64,000 nucleotides of DNA, from assembly GCA_032119595.1 (NCBI GenBank), contig JAUMBQ010000005.1, positions 30,328 to 94,327 of the forward strand. The letters are read 5' to 3'. The stretch is from Solirubrobacteraceae bacterium. Lineage in GTDB: Bacteria; Actinomycetota; Thermoleophilia; Solirubrobacterales; Solirubrobacteraceae. The notes beneath the pieces are model-generated. The model did not search any database. It was not told the DNA's origin and was given only the letters and a program-made list of their open reading frames with translations. A program made the translations under genes and the position numbers. How positions within the stretch are numbered: the stretch's first letter is position 1; each line of letters starts with the position of its first letter. Shown here one piece after another: positions 19,001 through 27,336 of the stretch.

Positions 19001-19981
19001 ATGCTGTCTCGAATTGCCCAGGAACTGTTCTGGCTCGGACGCAACGTCGCCCGCGCCGAGCACACGGCCCGCATGCTCGACGGCGTGTTTCAGGCCAGCC
19101 TGCAGAGCGCTGCCGACTCGTCCCGCTCGGGCTCGGCGGCCGTGCGGCTGGACTGGGAATCGATCGTCGCGATCATGGGCGCGGAGTCGGAGTCCGGCAA
19201 CGGCTCCGCCGACGTCCTGCGACGCATGACGCTCGACCAAACCGAGCCGGCCTCGCTGATTTCATGCGTCGGCCGCGCCCGCGAAGGCGCGCGCACCGTG
19301 CGTGATGTCGTGTCGGCGGAGATGTGGGAGGCGATCAACACCACGCACCTCACGCTCGCCGAGAGCGACGTGCCCGGTCGGTTCAGCATGGGTCCGTATT
19401 CGGTCTTCCAGTACGTGCGCGAACGCAGTGCGCTCTTCTGGGGCCTCACCAGCCGCACGATGCTGCGCGACGAGGCCAACGCGTTCCTGATCGCCGGCGG
19501 CCGGATCGAGTCCGCCGACATGGTCCTGCGCATGCTGCGCGTCGCCATGCCGGCGCCCGAAGCGGTCGAAGGCGAAGCCGTCGCCGATGCCAGCCTCCAA
19601 GACGGCCAGGCCCAGGCCCTCCTCCACGCCGTCGGTGGCTTCCAGGCCTTCCGTCGCGCGGTCCCGTCCCCTGCCCACGCCGGTCCCGTCGCGCGATTCC
19701 TACTCTACGAGCGCAACTATCCCGACTCGGTCGCCGCGTCCGTCGACGCACTCCACCGCGCCCTCAACAACGCCGACGACTCCCCGCGCCGCTCCGAGCC
19801 CGTCCTGCGGCTTAGTCGCCTCGGTGCCGACCTCGACTTCCGCGGTCGCGGCGCCTCGACCGACGCGAACCTCGCCGAGACGTGCGAGCTCGTGCAGTCC
19901 GAGCTGACCCTGATCGACAAGGACATCTCCGAGCGCTACTTCGCCGGGGCCATGCCCGCAGCCGGCCTGGTGATGGCATGA
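19001..19981 (+). CDS. alpha-E domain-containing protein (COG2307 family)
   Basis: The N-terminus MLSRIAQELFWLGRNVARAEHTARMLD is typical for this family. The ATG immediately follows the TAG of the ATP-grasp gene. Confidence 0.9.
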   Translation: MLSRIAQELFWLGRNVARAEHTARMLDGVFQASLQSAADSSRSGSAAVRLDWESIVAIMGAESESGNGSADVLRRMTLDQTEPASLISCVGRAREGARTVRDVVSAEMWEAINTTHLTLAESDVPGRFSMGPYSVFQYVRERSALFWGLTSRTMLRDEANAFLIAGGRIESADMVLRMLRVAMPAPEAVEGEAVADASLQDGQAQALLHAVGGFQAFRRAVPSPAHAGPVARFLLYERNYPDSVAASVDALHRALNNADDSPRRSEPVLRLSRLGADLDFRGRGASTDANLAETCELVQSELTLIDKDISERYFAGAMPAAGLVMA

Positions 19982-20856
19982 ACTACGAGATCCACTACCT
20001 CACCGAGTACAGCTACTCGGATGCCGTCACCGACAACCTCAATGCACTGCGCGTGCACCCGGCGACGACGTCCTCGCAGCGGTGCGACGAGTTCCACGTG
20101 CGGCTCGAACCGGAGGCACGTCTGCAGCGGCACGTCGACTACTACGGCACGCAGGTGCTGGAGTTCGGCATCGCCAAGCCGCACGATCACCTGACGATCG
20201 ACGTACGCGCCCGCGTGGTGACCTCGGAGCCGAAGCAGGCGCCGGAAGCCGACTGGGACGCGCTGCTCAGCGAGAGCTACATCGAGGTGGCCGGCGAGTT
20301 CCTCCTCCCACTCGGCGACGAGCCGGTCGCGCTCAACCATCAGCTCGTCGACGACGTGCGTGGCGCCACGCCGCTCGCGACCGTGCACAACCTCGCGAAC
20401 ATCATCGCCGACCGGTTCCGCTACGAACCCGGTGCCACGTACGTCGGCTCGACCGTCGACGACTTCCTCAATGCAGGCGCCGGTGTCTGCCAGGACTTCG
20501 CCCATCTCGGCGTGGTCCTGCTGCGCCGCAACGGGATCGCCGCCCGCTACGTGTCCGGGTATCTGTTCTCGACCGGCGCCGAGCAGGACGACGCCGCCGA
20601 GTCGGTCGAAGTCCAGACCCACGCCTGGGTCGAAGCGCTGCTGCCCGGGGACGCGGAGAACCCAGAACCGGTCTGGGTCGGCATCGACCCGACCAACCGA
20701 AAGCTTGCCGGAGAGACGCACGTGAAGATCGGCCATGGACGCCGCTACTCCGACGTCCCTCCGACCAAGGGCGTGTATTTCGGCTCAGCAGGAGCCGAGC
20801 TCACGGTGGCGGTCACGATGACTCGCCTCGACGCGGCTACGTCCGCCAGGACGTAG
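19978..20856 (+). CDS. transglutaminase-like family protein (COG1305)
   Basis: MNYEIHYLTEYSYSD (bacterial TGase N-domain), then GAGVCQDFAHLGVVLLRRNGIAARYVSGY (catalytic Cys) and HAWVE...GIDPTN (His/Asp). ATGA overlap with the alpha-E gene. Confidence 0.9.
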   Translation: MNYEIHYLTEYSYSDAVTDNLNALRVHPATTSSQRCDEFHVRLEPEARLQRHVDYYGTQVLEFGIAKPHDHLTIDVRARVVTSEPKQAPEADWDALLSESYIEVAGEFLLPLGDEPVALNHQLVDDVRGATPLATVHNLANIIADRFRYEPGATYVGSTVDDFLNAGAGVCQDFAHLGVVLLRRNGIAARYVSGYLFSTGAEQDDAAESVEVQTHAWVEALLPGDAENPEPVWVGIDPTNRKLAGETHVKIGHGRRYSDVPPTKGVYFGSAGAELTVAVTMTRLDAATSART

Positions 20857-20869
20857 CGCAAAGCTTCCC

Positions 20870-20905
20870 CCGCGCCGCCTCCCCCGGGACGAGGAGGCGG
20901 CGCGG
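20870..20905. terminator. 13-bp GC hairpin between convergent genes
   Basis: CCGCGCCGCCTCC-N10-GGAGGCGGCGCGG. Confidence 0.55.
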
Positions 20906-20933
20906 CGGGTCAGCGCTTCGCAGACAGGACCGC

Positions 20934-23156
20934 TCAGGCGCGCAGGGTGAACGCCGTGGTCGTCGGGGTGCCTCCAGGCACGGCGATGGTGACGACGATC
21001 TTGAGGGTCCGGCGCGCCTTCAGCAGCCGGCGACCGTCGGCCGTGAGCTTCAGTACCACGGTGGGCGACTCGCCTTGGCTGGCTGTGACCGTCTTGGCCT
21101 TCACGACGGTCACGCGCTTCGCTTTGCTCCGAGCCGTCAGCTTGATCTTCGAGGCGGTGGACGCGCTGACCTTCACCTTGACGCCCGCTCCGGCCGCCAG
21201 CGCGAGCCGCACCGACGTGCCCTTGGCCGTGGCCCTGAGTTTCGTCGGAGTCGGCGCGACCGGCTTTGGCGTCGGGATCGGCGTCGGAGTTGGCTTGGGA
21301 GTTGGGTTGGGATCAGTCGTCGGCGACGGGACGATCGTGGGCTCGGGCGTCGGCGTTGGCGTCGGCGTCGGGTTCACGGGTGCGGTGAGGACCTGAATCG
21401 GCGCGGCGAGACTGCGCGACGGAAGGTCGTTCTGCGCGCCCGAGACGCACGAGGAGCCCGCGAGAAACCGCAGCGTGTGTTCCCCGGCGGTCGTGCCGAC
21501 TGGGATCGTGATCGTGCCTGTACCCGCGCCGCTGGCGTCAGCCTGGACGCACTCGACGATCGCGCCCGCGTCGACCTTCACGCCGACCTTCTGCCCGGCG
21601 GTCCCGTCTCCACGCAGGAACCCGGCCACGGTGAACGACACGACCGTCCCCGCGGGGACCGGCTCGGACGAGGCGAGGGTGACCTTGGCAGCGACCACTG
21701 CCTCGAACGCGAGGGCAACCGTCGGCGTCGGGCTGACGGCGGAGGCCGAGACCAGCGTCAGGACGTGATCGCCGAGCGCAGTCCCTGAGGCGACGGCAAC
21801 GTTGGCGATGACCCGCCCGTCGGCGGCGGCGGCCGTCAACGGCGTGCCAACGGCGACGCCATCGAGCCTGACCATGACGGATTCCCCGCTGGCGAAGCCC
21901 TCGCCCGTGATCGGCAACGTGCCGCCGACCGACGCGCGCGTGAACGGGCTCGCGACGAACGGTGCGGTGGCATTCACCACGAGCGCGTTCGACAACGCCA
22001 CGAGCCGCGGCATCGGATCCGTCACGAGCGGTGGCACGCACGCCGTGCCGCCCGCCACGAACACCGACTTGGTGCCCGCGGATTCATCCGCCGGGACGGT
22101 GCCGGTGATCAGGGCGCCGCCCGTCGCGTCCGTCTGACCGCATCCGATGAGCTTGTCGCCCGGCTGAAGCACGAGCCCGACCCGCTGGCCCGCGCCGGCG
22201 ATCCCGACGAAGCCGTCGGCGCGAACCGCGATGGTGTTCCCAGGCCGCACCGACGGCGTCAGCAACGTCGCTGACTGAGCGACCCGGTTGAGCGCCGTCG
22301 AGCGACTGACACCACCGGCCGTGAACTGCAGCGTCTTGCCGCCCGGCGACCCCGGCGGGAGCGTGAGCGCCGCCGTGAAGTCGCCGGACGCGCTCGTCGA
22401 GAGGTCGGTGAGCGGGCTGCTCCCGAGGTTCTTCGCCGTCACGGGGGTGCCGTCGAGCGCGACCGCGACCGACGCGCTCGGCCCCCAGCCGAGCCCCTTC
22501 GCGGTCACGGTGCCCGGCGTCGCCGGGAATGTGGTGCCCGGGTAGAAGGTGCCCTCCGCATTGGTGAAGCCGAGCGTCAGCGCGTCGGACGCCGTAACCC
22601 ACGCCTTGCCCGTGATCGGCACCGTCGTGTTGAGGGTGCCGCTCGTGTTCACGCCCTCGGTGCTGAAGGCGCCGGAGAGCACCCGGAACCAGTGCTGGCC
22701 GGCGTTTGGCGCCTCGCCCGGACCGGCCTTGGGGATGTTCAGTGGCAGGTCGACCCACCCCGACACGTCACCGTCGGCTTCGGCTGGGAACGCGGCGACG
22801 AGTTCCTCCTCGATCTGGAAGCGGTTCGCATCGTTCTCGTCCGGGACGCCGCCGGCCAGCGGCCCCCAATCCCGGAACACGTCGTTGTCGTTCCACTTGA
22901 GCACGAACACCGGCAGGCCTTTGCCGACCCCCGGATTCGTCCCGACGAACCCGGTCCCGGTGAACGTGACGCGCTGCGTCGACGGCTCGCCGGCCACGAC
23001 CGTCCCGGTGCTGAACGTGACGCTGGCTCCGCTCGGCGCGGTGTACGTGAGTGGGGCAGCGTGCGCCGACGCGGGCGACGCGAACGCCGCAGCCGTGGCG
23101 AGCAACGCCGCCGTCCGAAGGCCGCGCGCCCGTGAGATTCCTGTGCGTGGAGTCAT
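20934..23156 (-). CDS. secreted multi-Ig-like-repeat surface protein with PT-rich linker and Lys-rich C-terminal module
   Basis: Signal peptide MTPRTGISRARGLRTAALLATAAAFASPASAHA|AP. Repeated modules of the form GFxxGxxVxVxLDG. Linker NPTPTPTPTPEPTIVPSPTTDPNPTPKPTPTPIPTPKP. The C-terminal ~105 aa are Lys/Arg-rich and beta-type. Confidence 0.8.
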   Translation of the reverse strand: MTPRTGISRARGLRTAALLATAAAFASPASAHAAPLTYTAPSGASVTFSTGTVVAGEPSTQRVTFTGTGFVGTNPGVGKGLPVFVLKWNDNDVFRDWGPLAGGVPDENDANRFQIEEELVAAFPAEADGDVSGWVDLPLNIPKAGPGEAPNAGQHWFRVLSGAFSTEGVNTSGTLNTTVPITGKAWVTASDALTLGFTNAEGTFYPGTTFPATPGTVTAKGLGWGPSASVAVALDGTPVTAKNLGSSPLTDLSTSASGDFTAALTLPPGSPGGKTLQFTAGGVSRSTALNRVAQSATLLTPSVRPGNTIAVRADGFVGIAGAGQRVGLVLQPGDKLIGCGQTDATGGALITGTVPADESAGTKSVFVAGGTACVPPLVTDPMPRLVALSNALVVNATAPFVASPFTRASVGGTLPITGEGFASGESVMVRLDGVAVGTPLTAAAADGRVIANVAVASGTALGDHVLTLVSASAVSPTPTVALAFEAVVAAKVTLASSEPVPAGTVVSFTVAGFLRGDGTAGQKVGVKVDAGAIVECVQADASGAGTGTITIPVGTTAGEHTLRFLAGSSCVSGAQNDLPSRSLAAPIQVLTAPVNPTPTPTPTPEPTIVPSPTTDPNPTPKPTPTPIPTPKPVAPTPTKLRATAKGTSVRLALAAGAGVKVKVSASTASKIKLTARSKAKRVTVVKAKTVTASQGESPTVVLKLTADGRRLLKARRTLKIVVTIAVPGGTPTTTAFTLRA

Positions 23157-23189
23157 TGACGATCCTGAATGCCTGAGGGTTCGGACCCG

Positions 23190-25007
23190 CTACTTGCGGG
23201 TGGCCTTGAGCGTCGCCTTGACGGCCTTGGTCGACCGCTTGGACCGGTCGGCCGACGGCGAGAACTTCACGGTGAGCGTGCCGCGGATCGCCTTCTTGCT
23301 CTTCAGCTTCGCCTTGCCGTAGTCGGTCTGCTTGAGCGCGAAGCTGATCGACCCCGCCTTCGTGGCGGTGCCCTCGCCACGAGCGATGGTGCGTCCGCCA
23401 GCGGTCAGCGTGGCGCTCAGGGTGCCGGCGGCCGGCGCCTCGACGTTCACCTTCGTGCCGACGAGCCTCAGCGACTCCAGTGCGATCGAGAGTTCGCTGA
23501 GGCCGCTGCCGACCGGGCCCTGCAAGCCAGCCGAACCAGCCGAACCGGCCGGGCCGGCCGGGCCGACCGCGCCATCGGCGCCCTTCGACCCGGCCGCCCC
23601 GTCAGCGCCCTTGGCGCCAACCTCGCCCTTGTCGCCCTTGGGCAGATCAGCCGGTCGCAGCACGTTGACGGCCTGCACCTGCGCGGCACCGGTCGTCGTG
23701 CCCGTCGTCATGCTCGACACGTAGGCGGTGCCGGTCTCACTATCGACGTCGACATCGAGCGCGTTGCCCGTCGTCGGAATGCCATGGACCCACGTGTCGG
23801 TGGTCGCATCGATGACCGACAGAACGCGCGAACTGAGATCCGACGAGTAGACGAGCCGGCGCTCGGGATCGACCGCGATGGCGTTCGGCGAGCCAGTCGC
23901 GTCGATCGTCTTGACCACCTTGCGGAAGGTGGCGGGGTGCGCCGGATCAAGGTCGACGACCGAGATGGTGCGGGCACCGGAGTTGGCCGTGTAGAGCTTC
24001 TTGCCAACCGGATCAAAGCCCGGACGCGCATTCTTGCCGACGCCCTTGATCACCGCGACGACCGCGGCGGCGTTGTTCTCCTTCACGAGCGGAGCGCTCG
24101 TGTTGACCAGATCGAGGTCGACCACGCGGACGACATCGCTGTTCGGGACAGCCGGATCGGCGTCGGTGGCATTGAACGTGCCGACGTACAGCAGATTGTT
24201 CGCCGTGTCGATTGCGAGGCCAACGGCCCCGGGCACCGGGATCGTGGCCTCGACGGCGCGCGTCTCGGTGTTGATCTGCGAGACGACGCCGCCCGTGGCG
24301 TTGTAGCCCGCGACGTACGCCTTGTGACGGGTGCTGTCGACGACGGGTGTGCGGGCCCGGACGAGCCCGGTCGCCGAGGCGGGCAAAACGTGCGCGTTGC
24401 TGACGGTCTCTGACTGCTTGAAGATCGCGACGCTGCTCGTGCGGGTCTGCACCGTGACGATCGTCGGGTCTGGGGCACCGTCGGGATTCGTCGTCGCGAC
24501 ATCGACGGCGACGCCGTAGGGGTTGTTCGAGGTCTGCGTGGTGTTTGCCGTCGCGATACCGGTCGTTGCACCACTTCCGGTCGTCGGCGGGGTCGTGGGC
24601 AGCGTGTACGCGCCGCCGGGCGTCGAACCGTCGGCGCCGAAGAGGTTCGCGAAGTTGAAGTTCTTCAGGAAGCCTTTGGTGTCGAGATCGAGCTGAACCA
24701 CCTTGGCGGTGTTGGCCTGCGCCACGACGTCGTAGTAGCTGCTCGAGAAGCCCGTCGCTAGAGCGGTGTTCGGCAGGAAGTGACGCTCGAACATCGCTGA
24801 GCGCGCGTCGGCGGCGTAGAGGCGGCGGTTCAGCGGGTCGATGCCGAGCTCGTACCCCTGGATCACACCGGTGGTGATGTCCTGAACCGATGAAGACCAG
24901 CCCGGAGCCGGCGTCGGCGCGGCGAAGGCCGACGGTGCCATGGCCAGCAGCGAGGTGGTGCCGGCGCAGACGCAGAAGAGGCGGCGAGCAGCAGACGAAT
25001 GAAGCAA
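23190..25007 (-). CDS. secreted YVTN-type beta-propeller protein with collagen-like GXY tract and Lys-rich C-terminal module
   Basis: Probable TTG start at 25007 with GGGAG 7 nt upstream and the signal RRLFCVCAGTTSLLAMAPSAFA|AP. Repeats of the type KAYVAGY / LLYVGTF / KLYTANS / LVYSSDL / TAYVSSM. There are 14 GXY triplets (GDKGEVGAKGADG...GLQGPVG). Confidence 0.75.
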   Translation of the reverse strand: MLHSSAARRLFCVCAGTTSLLAMAPSAFAAPTPAPGWSSSVQDITTGVIQGYELGIDPLNRRLYAADARSAMFERHFLPNTALATGFSSSYYDVVAQANTAKVVQLDLDTKGFLKNFNFANLFGADGSTPGGAYTLPTTPPTTGSGATTGIATANTTQTSNNPYGVAVDVATTNPDGAPDPTIVTVQTRTSSVAIFKQSETVSNAHVLPASATGLVRARTPVVDSTRHKAYVAGYNATGGVVSQINTETRAVEATIPVPGAVGLAIDTANNLLYVGTFNATDADPAVPNSDVVRVVDLDLVNTSAPLVKENNAAAVVAVIKGVGKNARPGFDPVGKKLYTANSGARTISVVDLDPAHPATFRKVVKTIDATGSPNAIAVDPERRLVYSSDLSSRVLSVIDATTDTWVHGIPTTGNALDVDVDSETGTAYVSSMTTGTTTGAAQVQAVNVLRPADLPKGDKGEVGAKGADGAAGSKGADGAVGPAGPAGSAGSAGLQGPVGSGLSELSIALESLRLVGTKVNVEAPAAGTLSATLTAGGRTIARGEGTATKAGSISFALKQTDYGKAKLKSKKAIRGTLTVKFSPSADRSKRSTKAVKATLKATRK

Positions 25008-25065
25008 GGAGGGACTCCCGGAGGCGGGGTTGGCTCGTCCGGGCGAACCGGCGAGCTTGGCGAGT

Positions 25066-25085
25066 TTATTAGGCTTGCCTAATAA
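25066..25085. promoter_or_regulatory. AT-rich palindrome TTATTAGGC-TT-GCCTAATAA in the divergent promoter region
   Basis: Perfect 9-bp arms. On the minus strand it overlaps a sigma70-like TTGCCC-N18-TAATAA upstream of the beta-propeller gene. This is one of the most AT-rich spots in the window. Confidence 0.4.
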
Positions 25086-25218
25086 GTAAGGGCAACCTAA
25101 CAAAGTGGGTGGCGCGCATGCACTGCGGTGCCAAGGGGGACGACTTCGGCGCCAGTGCCGAGGACACCGCCGGGTCGCCCATCGGCCCGAAAAGCACGGC
25201 GGACGCTGGTCGTTGAAG

Positions 25219-27336
25219 ATGCAGGGGCCGATGACCGACCTCACCGACTTCCCCCCGCCCGCCGCTGCCGATCCTGCGGCGCCCCTCGTGCCCGGATTCG
25301 CGAAGATCCCGCCCGCGTTCTGGAGCGACCGCGTGCAGCGGATGCGCGGCGAAAAGGGCGAGCGACCGCTGAGCGATGTCGATGAGGACGGCCTGGACGT
25401 GCGCTGGCTCTACTCGCCCGACGATGCCCTCGCCGCCGACCCCGCCGGCCTCCCGGGGGCCGCGCCGTTCGTGCGCGGCACGCGGATCGGCACCGCCTGG
25501 GATATCCGCCAGGAGCACACCCACCCGGTCATCCGCACCGCCAACGCGCAGGTGCTCGAAGATCTCGTCGGCGGCGTCACATCGGTCACGCTGCGACTCG
25601 ACGCTGCGGGACGCCAAGCGCTGATCCATCCGAGCGCGACGTTCGACGAGGCCCGCGGACTCGGCGGCATCGCGGTCTCGGATGTCGACGATCTCGACGC
25701 GGTGCTCGAGGGCGCGTATCTCGAGCTCGCACCCGTCGCACTCGACGCCGGCCCGGCCGCCATCCCGGCCGCCGCACTCCTGCGGGCCGTCTGGGAGCGC
25801 CGCGAGCTGGATCTCGCTGAGGTCCGAGGGTCCTTCGGGATCGATCCGATCGGCACCCTCGCCGAAGAGGGCCACCTGCTCGACGACCCGGCGGACGCGA
25901 TCGCGCTCGCCGGCCGGATCGCCGCGGAAACCGCCGAGTCGACGCCGCAGGTGCAGTCGCTGCGGGTCGACGCACGTGCCTTCGTTCGGGCCGGCGCCAC
26001 GCCCGCGCTTGAGATCGCGCTCGCCGCGCTCACCGGCACCACCTACCTCCGCGCGGCTGCCGATGCCGGACTCTCCCCCGCGCTCGCCGCCGGTCAGATC
26101 GAGTTCCAGCTCACCGCCGGTCAGGTCCAGTTCCAGGAGATCGCGAAGCTGCGCGCCTTCCGCCGCATCTGGGCTCGCATCCTCGAAGCCAGCGGCGTCC
26201 CGGCCGACCAACGGCGTTCGCCGGTCTACGCCCGCGCGACCGACCGAATGCTCTCCCGGGTCGACCCATGGACCAACTTGCTGCGCGGCACGACGAGCCT
26301 GTTCGGCGCGGCCGTCGGTGGAGCGGACGGCGCGACCGTCGCGGCGTTCGACGCGATGCTCGGACTGCCGAGCACGCTCGGGCGGCGCATCGCCCGCAAC
26401 ACCCAGATCATCCTGCTCGAGGAATCGGGTCTGGCCCGCGTGGCCGATCCGGCTGGCGGCTCGTGGTACGTCGAGTCGCACACCGACGCCGTTGCCCAAG
26501 CGGCGTGGGCGCACGTCCAGCGCCTCGAGGGCGCTGGCGGCATCACGCAGGCACTCTCAACCGGCCAACTCCAAGCCGAACTCGCTGGACTCGCGGCGAG
26601 CCGCACCGAGGAACTCGTCACTCGCAAGCGCGAGCTGACCGGCGTCAACGCCTTCCCACTCCTCGGCGATGAAGGCCTAGAGGAGGCCGAGACGATCGAC
26701 CTGACCGAGCTGGCCCGGCGCGACCGCGCGCGCCGAGCCACTCGCCCGGACGTCGCCGGCCTGGCCGCCGCGCAGGCAGCGCCGACTCCCAGCGCCGCCA
26801 CCCTCGCGTCACTGACGGCCCTCGCCACGGCCGGCGCTCGGATCGACGAGCTCGCGCCGCTGATCCACGGCGCGCGCTACGACCGCCCGTCGCTCCATGG
26901 CACCAGAGACGCTGAGCCCTTCGAGGCGCTCCGCAACGCCGCGACGACAGCAGGCACGGCCACGCCGCAGGTGCTCCTCGCTCCGATCGGCCCGCTCGCC
27001 GCGACCGTCACCATCGTCACCTGGGCGACGAACTTCTTCGCGGTCGGCGGTATCGCCGCCGTCCTTCCGGATGGCGACGAGGACCCCGCGGCGCTTGCCG
27101 CGAAGGACGGCCATGGCGTCGTGGTCCTATGCCCCGGCAAGGGCGTCGACGACGACACCACCGCTGAGCTCGCCCGCCGACTCCGCGACGCCGGCGCCGA
27201 CCACCTGATCCTCGCCGGCGCCACCGACGAACGGGCCGCCGCCCTCGGCGCCGATCGCGGCGTGCGCGATGGCATCGACATGGCGAGCGCCCTTACCGAC
27301 ATCCAGCACCTCCTCACGGCAAAGCAGGACGCATGA
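25219..27336 (+). CDS. mutA: methylmalonyl-CoA mutase small (beta) subunit
   Basis: [21 protein letters not shown], then an MCM-like barrel and a C-terminal B12-binding-like domain lacking the DxHxxG motif. 4-nt overlap with mutB. The start is either ATG 25219 or 25231. Confidence 0.85.
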   Translation: MQGPMTDLTDFPPPAAADPAAPLVPGFAKIPPAFWSDRVQRMRGEKGERPLSDVDEDGLDVRWLYSPDDALAADPAGLPGAAPFVRGTRIGTAWDIRQEHTHPVIRTANAQVLEDLVGGVTSVTLRLDAAGRQALIHPSATFDEARGLGGIAVSDVDDLDAVLEGAYLELAPVALDAGPAAIPAAALLRAVWERRELDLAEVRGSFGIDPIGTLAEEGHLLDDPADAIALAGRIAAETAESTPQVQSLRVDARAFVRAGATPALEIALAALTGTTYLRAAADAGLSPALAAGQIEFQLTAGQVQFQEIAKLRAFRRIWARILEASGVPADQRRSPVYARATDRMLSRVDPWTNLLRGTTSLFGAAVGGADGATVAAFDAMLGLPSTLGRRIARNTQIILLEESGLARVADPAGGSWYVESHTDAVAQAAWAHVQRLEGAGGITQALSTGQLQAELAGLAASRTEELVTRKRELTGVNAFPLLGDEGLEEAETIDLTELARRDRARRATRPDVAGLAAAQAAPTPSAATLASLTALATAGARIDELAPLIHGARYDRPSLHGTRDAEPFEALRNAATTAGTATPQVLLAPIGPLAATVTIVTWATNFFAVGGIAAVLPDGDEDPAALAAKDGHGVVVLCPGKGVDDDTTAELARRLRDAGADHLILAGATDERAAALGADRGVRDGIDMASALTDIQHLLTAKQDA

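Noticed and set aside
25086-25218. Possible cobalamin riboswitch upstream of mutA (GGTGCCAAGGGGGA..., GCGCCAGTGCC, GAGGACACCGCC vaguely resemble the GGGAA, GCCACTG and B12-box elements).
   Set aside because: The region is too short and lacks the GGTGNGAANCC segment and a convincing P1-P6 layout. B12 riboswitches normally control B12 supply or B12-independent isozymes, not the B12-dependent mutase. It would need an Rfam RF00174 cmsearch to revisit.
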